Both the position numbers and the translations under genes were made by a program. DNA of 64,000 nt from Tubiluchus corallicola. Lineage: Eukaryota; Animalia; Priapulida. Location of the stretch: positions 744,001 through 808,000 of the forward strand of contig JAQGDQ010000035.1 in the NCBI GenBank assembly GCA_030141605.1, given 5' to 3'. The notes beneath the pieces were generated by a model. The model saw only the letters and a program-made list of their open reading frames with translations, made no database searches and was not told where the DNA came from. Position 1 is the first letter of the stretch. Each line of letters opens with the position of its first letter. This document shows positions 48,478 through 61,620 of this stretch, piece by piece.

Positions 48478-50025
48478 CTTAAACTCACTAAAGTAATTCC
48501 TGTTTATAAATCTAATAGTAAAACTAAGTTATCTAATTATCGACCAATTTCACTATTAAGTGTTTTTTCTAAAGTACTTAAAAAATCGCATTTCATCAAC
48601 TGTCCTCTTTTCTTCTACAAAATAAAATTTTATATGACTATCAATTCGGTTTTCGAAAGTCGCATTCAACAGCATTAGCACTAATTGAAATAACTTATAA
48701 AATTGCAGAGGCGCTTGATAATGATCAGTATGTTCATAGATTTATCAAAGGCATTTGATACGGTAGATCATTGTATTCTTCTAGACAAATTGCATTATTA
48801 TGGTGTAAGACATTCAGCTCAATCATGGTTCAAAAGTTATCTTTGTGATCGTCTCCAGTATGTCGAATTAAATGGATGTAAATCCAATGCTCTTCCAATT
48901 AAGCATGGTGTTCCCCAAGGTTCTGCTGTAGGACCACTTTTATTTCTTCTATATATAAATGATATGCCACTAAGTTGCTCAAATTTAATCTTCAGGCCTT
49001 TTGGAGAGTGTTATGAATACCCAGTTAAATAAAGTAACAGAATGGCTAAATGTAAATAAGCTCTCATTGAATATTAATAAATCAAACTTCATGCTCCTAA
49101 AAAAGAAAAGGAGAACACCATCAAGAGATATAACCATAGTTCTTAGTAATGTTATTTTTGAAAAAAAAAGTCACATGTTAAATATTTGGGAATATTTCTT
49201 GATGAGAACCTAGACTGGAAGTACCAAATAAGTATTATAAAGCATAAATTGAGTAAAACCTTGGGAATCGTCTATAAATTACGCAAGTTTGTTAATAGAG
49301 AAACACTGATGAAAATCTATTACAGTCTAGTCTACCCATATCTAATATATGGCGTCATGTCTTGGGGTGGTGTATATAAAAGTAATCTGGAAGCTTTACA
49401 AATTACCCAGAACAAAATTCTCAAACTAATAGATCATGTAAGGTATGACCATCCCACAAATATAATTTACTTGTTTGTTAAAACTCTTAAAGTGAAAGAA
49501 ATATATGACATGTATTGTCTCCATTTCATGTACCAGTATCATAATTCACTACTTCCACCAGTTTTTCAGTCATACATTAGTCCAGTGTAAAATCAACATG
49601 ATCATTACACAAGATATTCAGTCGTAAACTATGTACTCCCTCTTCCAAAAACAAGTATAATGAAACAGTCATCAAATTATAAAGCTATTAAAATATGGTC
49701 ATCAATTCCGCGTGAAATGAAAACTCTTAATCTTTATCAATTTAAAAAAGCATCAAAAATTACTTACTACAACGGTATAATTAACTCACAATTTTACTCA
49801 TCCTGATCTTAAGTTACTAACAAAGCTTATTTTGTCCTTATGTAAATTATAACTGATGAAAATACTATGCAATGTTAATTGCCAATTGTCCCACTTATCT
49901 GGAGGAGGACTCGAAAGCTCAATGCTCCTTCCTCCTCCTCCTCACAGTAACTCGTTTGGTTTATAATATTTTTCAATGTAATAACAATTTGTATGTATGT
50001 TTGTGTTGCTCTGGAATAAATTCAT
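48478..50025 (+). mobile_element. Decayed CR1/L2 (Crack-like) LINE RT ORF2 plus 3' UTR
   Basis: NYRPISLLSVFSK, QFGFRK, DLSKAFDTVDH, GVPQGSAVGPLLF, YYSLVYPYLIYGVMSWG; the YADD region is deleted; AATAAA near 50015. Confidence 0.9.
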
Positions 50026-50867
50026 AATTTACTTTGCAAAACAAAGCTATATCTAGTAGTCTAGTAGTTTCAGTACATGAATAGCAAAGGGAGATGTAAT
50101 TCTACTTAGAGATTTCCATTCCGTTAGTAATTAATACAGTTAGTAATTACTATTGCAGTTTTATTTAATTGTTAAAATATGCACAATGCCTATTTGATAA
50201 AAGGACACTATTGACTTTACACCATAAAAAGCCAATAAGCCCACATGATGGTGCTGATGATCTTTTATTTAGCAAATAAATAATAGGCTCGCAGCAAACA
50301 TAGTTAATTAACATGGGGCTTAAAATTTATTATAATTGCGAATGACATGTTTCTTATATTTATTTGTAGACGAAAGTAGTTTTACCCTTAAATATATAGC
50401 AAGTACATCCTACAGTTTCACTCCATATGATAATGTGTACACAAGAGTTTACCGTTGTTCTAACTTTTGGTGGTTTAAATTCATAATACACTCATGTACA
50501 TAATATATGAGTGTGTATAATATATAATAGAATACCTAATAAATTCATGTAAATTGAACTTTTTGTTTAGTTGCTCTTAATTACAGGGTCATTAATTATA
50601 GAAACATATTTTTCAAACTTTTAGATAACGTTATGTTGTTTAGCTTTAAATTGCGATTTTAAAGTCAATTGACTCCTTCGATTTTAACGTTTCTAAATTA
50701 CTGCTATACTCATAGAATCCAACTTTACATACCTGGTACTGTTCTCTCTGCTGCTTTTTGTAATTCAAAAAGTGGGCTTAGAAGTCTAATATGCATTACG
50801 CTATATGTCTGAATAGTAGGCTAAGTATATGGTAATATTAGCGGAAAATGCAGTCATTTTAAGCCTG

Positions 50868-51641
50868 CAGTCAAACCTCGCTATAATGGACCCTCGGTTT
50901 AATGGACCCCATCGATATAATGGACTTATTTTCTGCTCCCCAGTGCATTTTCTCCCCCCCCCTATGATGGACCCATGTATAATGGATCCACATGTGATCG
51001 CAGTTTGTGTCTGTACAAGAAAGAAACGTTTGGGACTTCATCGCCACTGAACTAAACTTATCGGAAACAACGTTTGAGAAGTATGTGAGTTGTGATTCGG
51101 AGCTGGCTACCGACGAGAGTGACTTGACCGAGAGAGAGAGAGATCATACAGTACGTTACAGACGTGAATGATGGCGGTTAGCAGGACCATCCAGAGACTG
51201 AAAGTGACGTTACTGTAACTCAAACCTGTTCAGGGAGTGAAGCGATGGAGCATCTCAGATGTGTGCGAGACTTCTGTCTAAATAAAGGAATTGACGGACT
51301 AGCTCTGATCGCTGAGCTAGAACAGAACATTACCACGAATATTGCGAGTGATGCTGGCGCGAAAAAACAGGCAAAAATCACAGATTTTTTTGGACAGTAG
51401 GTGACTAATTCATCTAACAAAATTATAGATTCAGCGCCTTGTATCAAATATGGCATTTGAATAAAACCGTTTGACGTTCGATTATAAACATTATTTCATT
51501 TTACTGTTGATTTCTATGATCCTATTGTATCTATTGTAGGGTAATCTGGCTTCAGATATGGTACTCCTCGGTATAATGGACTCTCGTTATAATGGACTTT
51601 TTGAGCGCTCCCTTAAAGTCCATTATAGCGAGGTTTGACTG
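50868..51641 (+). mobile_element. pogo/Tigger-type internally deleted element, second family
   Basis: Perfect 24-bp TIR CAGTCAAACCTCGCTATAATGGAC; TA on the right, TG on the left; ATAATGGAC subterminal repeats; transposase C-terminus FEKYVSCDSELAT...KKQAKITDFFGQ*. Confidence 0.92.
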
Positions 51642-51726
51642 TATTTGGTTTATGACTTACAGTATTTCTTTCGCTTTACCAAATGTGGCTAAAGGGCGCA
51701 CTTATCGAACTTTAAATTTTACTTAA

Positions 51727-53088
51727 AGGGGGAATATCACCAAAATTAAGTTGAGCTTGAATAACTCGCGATTATATTGTGAATAGAAATAGGTATCTCA
51801 TTCTTCACGAAAATGTCAAGTTTAAGAATCCTTGGCAAAAGTTCGGATAAAATTGTACACAAAACGAACATTTGACTATGCCGCTATTTGAGCATATATC
51901 TACGCCTGCGCCTCTGGTGGCGAAATTACTGTACTACAGATGAAACTTGGCAAAATGCCCAAGGAGAGAACGATTGTACACAACACTTGTTTGAGTATTT
52001 GTTTGCATCGTCAAACAGCGTTCAGCATCTAGTACTTTTACGCAGTTTATACCTAGTGACGGTATCACAGTAAAGATTAGTTTATTGAGAATTGAATGCA
52101 TGATTTGCTAGGTTTCGGTCTTGATTGTTCTTATTGAAAAAGGGTCGTGGAATGTGTTACACTAGGATTCAGCAATTAAACGGGATACAGCGTCAGACGA
52201 AAAGTATCGAAATACGAAGCCAAAATATAATAACTTTTAGTTTCCAATGAGCAACAGCAAATTATTGAAGCAATGAAAGTACGATCTAAAAACCTGGATT
52301 CACTCCTACAACTTGTGTGACAATTTCTCGGCAGTTTGCTTTGAAACGTGAGTTTAGAGCATGATGAACTCTAGTGTTAAAAATGTTGTGCTTACACTTC
52401 GGAGAGATTTAGTTTATCGATGCAGTTTAGTCATCTCGAGATTTGTATCCATTTCAATAAAAATATCACAGTTACATTATGTAATGCAATTTTTTGCGCT
52501 AAAATTTGATTTATGATGTTTTTTTCAGAATTTTGAATATTAACTAAAGAAAAAACATTGTAAATCGTAAATTGACAACTGCAACTTGTTAATCCTTACA
52601 TCATAAACAATGATTTCAGTGAATTTGGTAATTTGTGTAGCACTTTCCACTTTCAACTTTGTAATAGAATAAGTGTCAGAATAACCTTGCTTGAGATAAC
52701 ACAATAAATAATTATTTTGTCATCGAACCGCATTATATCGTTAGTTTTTTATTGTGTAAAAGTAGATAATAAGTATATTAATAATAAATGTATTATTATC
52801 ATTAAATTTTATTTCAGTCCAACTGACCACAAGAATTTTATCTAATCCTAATATTCTAATAACACTGCTATGTAAAAGTAAACACAACATGTTGTTATGT
52901 AAAAACAAAAGCTAATAAACAACGGTTAAAGTTCTGGTTGATATTAAAAGTCTTACTGATTTAACTAACTGAAACACGACAAAGTTAAAAATGTTCATAT
53001 GTTTAATCAGTCTCTGTGTCCATGGTAGTTGTTCCCGGGGAAGGCAACCATAAAATAAGTTTAACTTGATTTCCATTATATTCCTCCT
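51727..53088 (+). mobile_element. Kolobok-like DNA transposon remnant with decayed THAP domain
   Basis: TTAA TSD; about 32-bp imperfect TIR AGG(G/A)GGAATAT...AAGTT; THAP-like pieces ECVTLGFSN, FP, LCDNFSAVCFE and KNVVLTL at about 52140-52400. Confidence 0.7.
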
Positions 53089-56000
53089 TTAAGTGGTATT
53101 TCGCCTAATTAAACTACTTGATGTAGTTAAAATAAAACACAGTAATTGTGCTGAATTTCCCTGTTTTTAAACATTTCTTGGAAGAACAAAGTTAGCACTC
53201 TTTTGCACAACCATTTATCTGCAAGTTTGAAAATCTTGCAAAAAAATTAAAATTGGGCTGTGCTTCTGTTTGGTTAGTGTAGTATTATTGTGTTGTTGGA
53301 GAAAGTTATATGATTATCTCGAATTTTCGTTTTTCGTAGCTTAAATATCGAATAGCGAATAAGCTAGATTCAGACCCCTCATCTTCTTAACATACGAAGC
53401 TCATAATGCGACGCACTTTTACATAAAGCGATTAGGGTCAGACGGTTCCTAACGCCAAGCTACATTATCGTTACGGTAACCATTTGCTCGAAGCCCCTTT
53501 CATTGTTAAATCTTTATTGCACGTCTTCCAGTTCAGCTAGGTAATTAAAACGTTGCAGACTCTGCTATCGGTAAGAGGCATCTTATTCTCGACTTCCATG
53601 AGAGGCAGTGTAGCTAAGATACGCAACGTAGGCTTGCCCTCCAAGCGCCCATAAAAGCGTTTTTTGTTACCTTCCCGTATCTTTGACAGTTCTGAAAATA
53701 AAAGGCCATTTTCACGTATCCGCAGGTATAAATGTTAATTAAAAATTTCCGCAAACTTCGCAGGAAATAAAGCTTTGTAAGTTGATATTTGTATGACGTC
53801 AAATCGCTAGAGATTACATTGTAAAATTACGTCTAATTAATGTTCTTTTTGAAATTCACACAAGGCGTCAAATTACGGCAAAAAGGCTTCATTGAATGCA
53901 TTCATTATCTGTGCTCACAGCGTACACCTGGGTACTTCAGCAGTGTTGAATAATATACTTCATGATCGTTGTTCTAAAAAAATTATTCTGAAAATACGCT
54001 GTAATACATGTTCATTTATTTATTTTAGTAATGCATGTACATTCACAAGGGATAATCTCTTGAGAGCATTAGCACTGCTTTCCAAGGGCACACAGTCGTG
54101 TAAAATTGTATTGGAATTACAACACTAACCTACATAGCAGCAACAAATAAGTTCAAAGTAAAATGTTGAAATTTGTGTAGACAGTGGCGTAGCGGCTGGT
54201 TTGGCCGCCCTGTGCGGGACTAAATTGACTGCCCCTTCCTTAAACGCAACACAGCTCTCACCGAATGTGAATATTCGAAAGTTAAATATTCGAAAGTGGG
54301 TTTATAGATTCAAAGCTAATTATGCAATCTTGTGTCACAATCACGGACGTTGAACATCAAACTGAAACGCATCACTTGAATAGGGGGCGGCGCATCTGTA
54401 AATCACAATATTTTTGAAATAACACAAATACATTCTTAATGACACGAATAGTTACAATGAATTAAACAATCCTACAATTTAAAAAAAGGAAAAAAGAACA
54501 GTATCACAGACTATGACTGGTGAAAGAAAACAGGAATATAAATCTGATGGAAACGCTAATGCTGATGGTTTTGGGGAGTTGTTTATGTTATTGTGCACAT
54601 AGAAAAAACATAGAAGCACAGTAAATAAATAGATAGATGAACAATAAAAAACAAGTGTAAAATCGATAGTCGTAGTCACGATTGAAAGTGAGACACAATA
54701 GAAATTAGTGAAATTAACAGAAACTGCTTGGAACTATAATATTTTAGCGTTAATAATGCAGTGTAAATGAAAAACTCCGCCAGAAACTTAGCATTAGTAA
54801 TTCCATGTAATTTACTTGTCTTTTTCATTCACCTGACACCCTGAAGACAACCTACAATGGGTTTTTAAAACGTCTTATTTTCAGTTTATTTTTTAACTAT
54901 GTATCCTTAATTTCGTAGCTTTGAAATCTTTATTCAACTTTCTGTGGTACATAAAAATAAATTGGTTAATATATACATGTACAATTATCGACTCGCAGCA
55001 TGTAGCTTAACTAGTTCGCTTCAGTTTGTAGCAGGGCTGTGTGATGCGTCTAGTGCTTGTACCGCTAACCAGCCGAGTAAGTAAGCCTTCCCTGTTGGTA
55101 TACGGCCTCTCCACACCCAAAATCCTTGTGTAGCTACCGCGATATGCGATCTAGCAACTTTCCTTTCGCGAAGATGATGCCAATCAACCGGGAATTGAGG
55201 TAAGAAGCACCAGAGGTGCTGTCATTTCTGTATTAAAAACTGACCGGCATGAGGACATGCTTCTGTACACAATCCTTATATAGTACCCCTTGCCCCTGGA
55301 TAAGTAATACTTCTGTCCTAGAAGGAATGTCATGATTACACCATCAGCCCCTCCAGGTTAGCTCTCACCAAAGGAACATTTTCAAGGCGGTCCCGAAGGT
55401 ATGTGGGTTGTTTTTTCACTACGGTCACTACTTTAGTCAAATTTCTGCATACTATCTTGTTTTTCCTAAATTCCTACATAGCGGCAATGGTGTTGTTTAA
55501 ACCTTGTCAACACCCCGGGCATCTCTTTGCTGGATGTTGCTGGGAAATTATTTACTTCTTAAGCGGATTATCTTGTCCCGGTTACATGTTATTGAATGGA
55601 ATAGCCGATTTCGCTAACCAGAATGTATTTATTCTTTGGTAACCAAGCATGGCGAATTTAACGAAACGGGCAAAATTATGTCCGTGAAACAAAAAGTTAA
55701 GGTCATTTCAAAGTCAAATAAAAAGCTAACGCATTTTATTAAAATGAAATGCATCGGTAGTGCATGAAGTACAGGATTTGGATAATTTAGCGTTGTAAAT
55801 TCAATAAAATACAAAATTATGATGTTATTACAAAATATGAATAAAATATTTTCCAATTCCTAGGATAAACTATGTACACACAGATTACAGTTATCATGCA
55901 TTCATGTTGCCAGTCTAATTACATTTCAGGTTATGGTACTGTTCCTGTTGCATTTTTAATCATGTTGCAGAATCTTAAGTTTATGACTTAGGCCTAGTCC

Positions 56001-56224
56001 TAATTTTGTGAATTTATTATCTAGACTAGTTTTAATATTTTTTTAAAAAAATTATTACGTTTACAACGTAGTCTAGTTTTGTAAATGTTGTTTTAACTGT
56101 TCTGCCCTCGTAAGCGCATTAATTGTATTATCTTGTTTAGCATCCAAAAAGTTATTAATTTTTGTTTTCGTTGTGCAGTAAATAGCATTTTCTGTTTATA
56201 GAAATATGGAAGCCGTGTTTTTTT

Positions 56225-56285
56225 TGTATTGTTTGTCGGGGATAGAATCATAAATTCTGTTTTATCACTATTCATTTTTGTTTGC
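56225..56285 (-). mobile_element. Short fragment related to the LINE at 42433
   Basis: KMNSDKTEFMILSP here versus KMNNDKTEFMILSP at about 43311. Confidence 0.6.
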
Positions 56286-58630
56286 AGCACTTAAGTGTTA
56301 ATAAACATAATTTATCTTACATTGATTGGGAAGTTCAGATCGTAATATTATTTAATTAGCAATACAGGTTACATGGGGCAGTAATTTAGAATTTTTATTG
56401 ATATATCCAAAGGGCCACTTGATTCATTTGAATCTAAAATGTTTATAATTTTGAAATAAGTTTTAATAAACACACGAAACTGAACAAGCTTTTGTATCAA
56501 TTTTATTTTTACAGTTGAGAAGGAATTTACTGACTACATTTTGTACAATTTGTTATTGAGTCAGAATCATAAGTTTTAGCTCAGATTCAATTAAAAAATA
56601 GTTATTAAATTTTGACTTTGCATCCTCAGAATATGTTATTATTTAAGAGGCGCATAACTCAATCAAACATTTCTTAGGGTTGCGCTGCGTAGAAAATCCT
56701 GGAAACGTTCAGCTAATGACTTTTGAAGAAGAACAGTGGATAATGGACAATGGACAAGAATAATTATAAGTATGGACATGGACATTGGAAAATCCTGCTA
56801 CTCTCTCCTCAGTTGACACATGCAAAAAGCTTATTGTCTGTAAATGAAGAAACTTAAATAAATAAGATAACGTAATGGCTGTCTTCTTAATATTTAATGG
56901 CAAGTGAAGATTGTTGTGTTGTCTGCTGCTAGATAACATGTTCAAAATCCTGTAGTGTGGGTCTGTAAATCGCTAGTGCCACACATCGATTAGCTGAAAA
57001 CGCATTCAAGTTACGAAGCAATGAATTAATTCAGTCAAGTTAGTTAGTTTATTGACTATAATCTGTAATTCTACATAATTCCAGACTAATGCACTATAAC
57101 AACAGGTAACCAGGAAAATAAATGTCCAGTCCAATTTAGGGGAAAAATTTGCGAAATTCACTAAAATGTCGCACTGAGAACAGACAAAGAGAAAACAATC
57201 ACAATGCACAATACAGTTAAATACAACAAATCTATGGCTATACAGTGCTATCATGCAAAATATAATACTATACATAGCAAGCCTGAGAATAAGCTCCGTT
57301 GCATTGGCTGAACCTTATGAATGATTAATTTTCATTTGAATAAAGTCAGTGCCCCAGTGGCTTAGTCTCAAAATAGCATTAATCAATCGGTAAATAGATT
57401 CGATAACTAAATATTAAATGCGTGTTCATTTTCAAGTGCTGCAGTATGGCCTATTATTATAAAAATGAACATTCATGAACTGGTCTCACTACGCTGTTCG
57501 GACCGGACAGCACCACATTTGCATCACATCCGTCTATCATCTTTTTTTGCCACCCGCTGATTATTACACTTCACAGTGATTCCCTTGGTCGGATTATTAG
57601 GTTTTGATGTTCATTTTTCTCCTCTTTTCCCAACCTTTAAATTTGTTTAATTGTTGGCATGACTGTAGTTCCCTTGAGGGTCACCAATTGTCTCTTCACC
57701 GGTAATTAAGCCACCGACTTCGCACACAGGCAGTCCTGTCAGTATCATGTTGCTTCTTTTGTGACGTAAATCGACACTATTCAATTATCTTTGTTGTTTA
57801 TCTGCAACGGCTTTTAATTTGCTGCACATTTCTTGTTAGCTGTTAGTTGTTCTTCTTTCAATGACAACTTCTCTAGAAAACGTTACCATGTCACTTCTAT
57901 GTGGGACAACGACATATCTGGGTCATCCAACAAACTAGTGTTAGTTTTGCAATGTTCAACCAGGCTGCATCTCTGGTCTCTGATTTTTGGCCTTGGGGTT
58001 GCATTGTTCACATTGCACCAAACCGTCCTCTCTCATTTTCAAATTTGATTTTTGTTGTTTGCACGTTTGACAAGATTTTCTTGTTGTCCCGGACGTTATT
58101 GTATAGTAATCACAGAAATACCACTCACTGTTGTAAATAATTTACAGTGTGGAGAAGTTTTCTGTGCATATGCATGTTGTATCCAGTACAGGTATATAAT
58201 GAAGTACAGTCTTGAAAGAGCATTAATTAATACTTATCATGCCCGTAATAAGAATTTTCTGTTTGACAGAATATGTTCCTGTTCGGATATTCCTTGCAAT
58301 TATTGAACTGTGATTACAAATGCTACGTGTAATCGACTTGCTAATTCGCTTTATATGCACTCCACTAAACCCAGACTTTGCTCGAATCTCAGAGGAGAAC
58401 ATAGAATAAAGTCACACCGACCAGTTGGTATACCATTTTGCAGGTCTGAATATGACGAGTTATAAACGAACCATGTGCTATTTTTATATTGAATGATTCA
58501 TAGTCGTGCAAGCGTAATTATGCAACTCATTCGATGTTAAGGAATTATTATTTTTTCGTGCCGTCAGCAGCGTATTAGGGCCATTAGGGCGATTATAAAA
58601 ATGTGCTTATAAATTTATTATAATCAGTTT

Positions 58631-58740
58631 TTTTTTTACAATCGGATGGCAAATAAATTGGTTATAGCCAGATGTTTTTTACAATCGGATTGCAAAAAAA
58701 TTGGCCATAACCAGATTTTTTAATAATCGGACGGCAAAAT
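58631..58740. repeat. Minisatellite, about 41-43 bp x2.5
   Basis: Units ttttttacaatcggat.gcaaa.aaattgg..ata.ccagat. Confidence 0.75.
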
Positions 58741-59179
58741 TTAAACACTTATTTGTGCGGGGCAATCAGCCCAAGAGAACAACAGTGCCTTTTTTGATTT
58801 GTACTATATAACAAACCCCACTTCTGACTGACTGACTATAAAAATTCCGCGCGGAAAAAATAGCTTAATTTTTTATCACATAATAATATGCAGATATTAT
58901 TCATTAATCGAATTGTACCTATATAAAAAGTAGTCAAAGCAAAGCAAAATAGTGAATTTGGAATTTTTTGCGCATACATGTATTTTGCTGGCTCTGAAAG
59001 GAGTCGATTTGGTTTACTGGCCTTTATTCAATTTGAACTTAAGTATTTGGTGACAGCTTTTGTTCCATCACTGAATGTAGGTAAAAATAGAACAGGTAAA
59101 ATGGCACGGTAAAAAGGCACAGGAAAAAATGGCACACTTAGTAAAAAGTTAAGGGTTAGGGTTACTGTGGGTGATAATT

Positions 59180-59545
59180 ATTTTATTATTATTACCTCTG
59201 CCAAGGAAGTTATGTTTCAACACAGTTTGCTTGTTTGGCCGTTTTTGTCTGTTATAGCAGTAACGCTATTACGCAAAAACAACCTAACAGATTTACTGGA
59301 GACTTTATGGAGAAGGCGGGTACAGGGTGCCAAAATGGGCGGTTTTCGCAACACGCTGAACTACTTTTTATTTACATAGTAATGAAAAGCAAAGAAATTT
59401 CTTCCGTTCTATTACTGAGTTGCAAAATTTATATCTTATTGTTACCAGGGCGAAATGCCATTTCTTTTCGACCCCCTCTACATTATGATGGTTCCATCCA
59501 TTACGAAGCCATTGCATATCAGTGTTGCATAGCAGCTATAAGTAG
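59180..59545 (+). mobile_element. Helentron/HINE-like non-autonomous repeat; its 3' part recurs at about 60365-60433
   Basis: Starts ttattacctctgccaaggaagttatgttt; gggcgaaatgcca...tccattacgaagc.attgcata...gcagctataagta is shared with 60365-60433. Confidence 0.45.
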
Positions 59546-60699
59546 CTGGCATGGAATCTGGCGTGTTAGTTAATTCAGTAATTTTACTCTTACTACTGTT
59601 TTTTTCGATTTCTTCTCAACTATGCGATAACCGCGTGTGCGCGGTATGAAACCTTAGATAGGCAGAACCGAACCGTCGCTATGACATGGAACCCGCCGAA
59701 ATCATTGTGCAGTACGACGGATTTCTTCCATTTTCACCATCAATCGTAGATGTGATTGTGTTGGTTCACAACATATCTTAGTTGGTTCTTCAAAAACCAG
59801 AGCTTTTATTGTCCCCATTAGCAGGTTACTTGCCTACTTTACAGTGACCTCGTGAATTACTTACGAGGATACTATTCTTGTATGCTGTATGACTATTTAC
59901 TGTGGCTTCAGAGAGAAATGTTTACCTGGGAGGATACAGTTCTAGTGTGCTGTGAATAGATGTCGATTTTAAAGTAAGTGTAGTCTGTACTTGCTGTAGC
60001 AGCACCTGGACTTAAAAACTTGTTTAATTATTGAATTTTGGGAAAAGCTACGTCGACACATCGAGTCACCGAGTGCCTCGTCATGGTTTGACCATGATGG
60101 CGGTTGCATGGACGCTATAGCCAGAGAAGATAGCTATAGAACAGGAAAAACGGTGCTACGTTGGTTGGTGCAGTTCTTACGAGCCCTTACAGTTCTTACC
60201 AGCTGAATCCGGTCCGTACAGAGCCAGCCCTCTGAGCCCATTTCTTAAATTTCGTTAGCTTTATGCTCATAAATGACAAAAAACTTTTTAGGCATTGTAC
60301 AACAGAAATTTTGTACTCCTGTATTATTTTTCAATAAAAATTTCTTCTCCAGCGTGCTTCATTCTGGTTACGGGGGCGAAATGCCATATTATGTTCGATC
60401 CATTACGAAGCTATTGCATAGCAGCTATAAGTACTATTATTATGTTGCGTTTATTTGTCGATTCCAAGAATTTACCAAGGTATTTATTATGTACCCAAGA
60501 CGCCAAGCTGCTTGGTTATTGTTTAGGCATTTAACATGTTTAGCACCACTGAAGACGTCATCATCAATACGCTGGTTAGATGTGCTGCGTCCATATATAA
60601 AGCTGTTTTCTCTAGCACGGTTATCGTTATGGTTGGATGAGATGAAGATGAGATAAGCCGAAGCTACTATAATCGACACAAAGTAAAATATATTTGGAT

Positions 60700-61330
60700 A
60701 AAATAAAATTATATAAAAATGTAATGTCTTGAAAGTGAAAATCATGACAGCAATTAATTTTTGGCATTCAGAATCATGAAATTATCCGTTATTCAAGCTG
60801 ACAAGACTATATGAACATTTACAGGTTTCACCATACCAAGGTTTAATTAAGTTTTTAAATGATCTTAGACTAGTAGCCACCTCTATATTTTCAGGTAAGC
60901 CATTCCACAACTTTGCTCCTTGGTACCGTAGAGAATTAATACCAAAAGTAGGTGTATTGACACGAGGAATTTCTAACAAAGTTCAAAGTTTACGTGCTTA
61001 TGAATAAAAAGTTCTTGAACATAGGGAGGGTTTAGATTATTGAACGATTTGCATACCTCAGTTAATAAGGACCCAAGTCTTCCGAGGTGTAATTTTGGTA
61101 GATTGGCTTTTGACAACAGCTGCTCATAGGTGCAATTGTAATCTGTATAGACAAATCTAAGTGCTCTTTCCTGTTGTTTTTCAATTTTTTGATACTTTTA
61201 TTACTGCAGGCATGCCAAACCAAGTTACAATAGTTAAAATTTGCAGAAATAAAAGATTGAAAAGTTGCCATACGACTGTCTTTATTAAGAAATTTCGACA
61301 TCCTTTCTAATACATTTATTTGTTTAGATC
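60700..61330 (-). mobile_element. 3' end of a CR1/L2-group LINE ORF2
   Basis: FISANFNYCNLVWHAC and LEIPRVNTPTFGINSLRYQGAKLWNGLP...CKC. Confidence 0.85.
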
Positions 61331-61334
61331 TCAA

Positions 61335-61620
61335 GGAAGTGTGCATATTAAGTCATTTTCTGTTCGGCAGTCAGCCCGTATGGTGAGTGGACATTTGTAA
61401 TTCGAATCTTCTACATAATAAGCAGCAACGAGCGTTGAATATTTATTTGATGAATAGCTTTTCATTCGAACAACAAATTGCGAAAAACCGTCCCGTGTAT
61501 ATGCCACACGGTGCCAGTTTATCACATCCGTCAATATGTCAAACGGCATTGGGACCGGGATTGCCATGCTGCTTATAACCAAATTTTTTATAATCGGATA
61601 TTTCGTGAATGAACATGAAC
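61335..61620 (-). mobile_element. IS3EU-like DDE integrase/transposase fragment
   Basis: GPNAV*HIDGCDKLAPCG, frameshift, then DGFSQFVVRMKSYSSNK...CPLTIRADCRTEN; matches the GPN..WH.DG..KL...DG(F/Y)SR...P..IR.D.GTEN pattern. Confidence 0.7.

Noticed and set aside
54182-54240. CAGTGGCGTAGC hAT-like left end
   Set aside because: No matching right TIR found, so the element cannot be delimited
56600-56930. Weak resemblance to a Cys-rich transposase C-terminus (TCKKLIVCK)
   Set aside because: Too decayed; motifs could be chance
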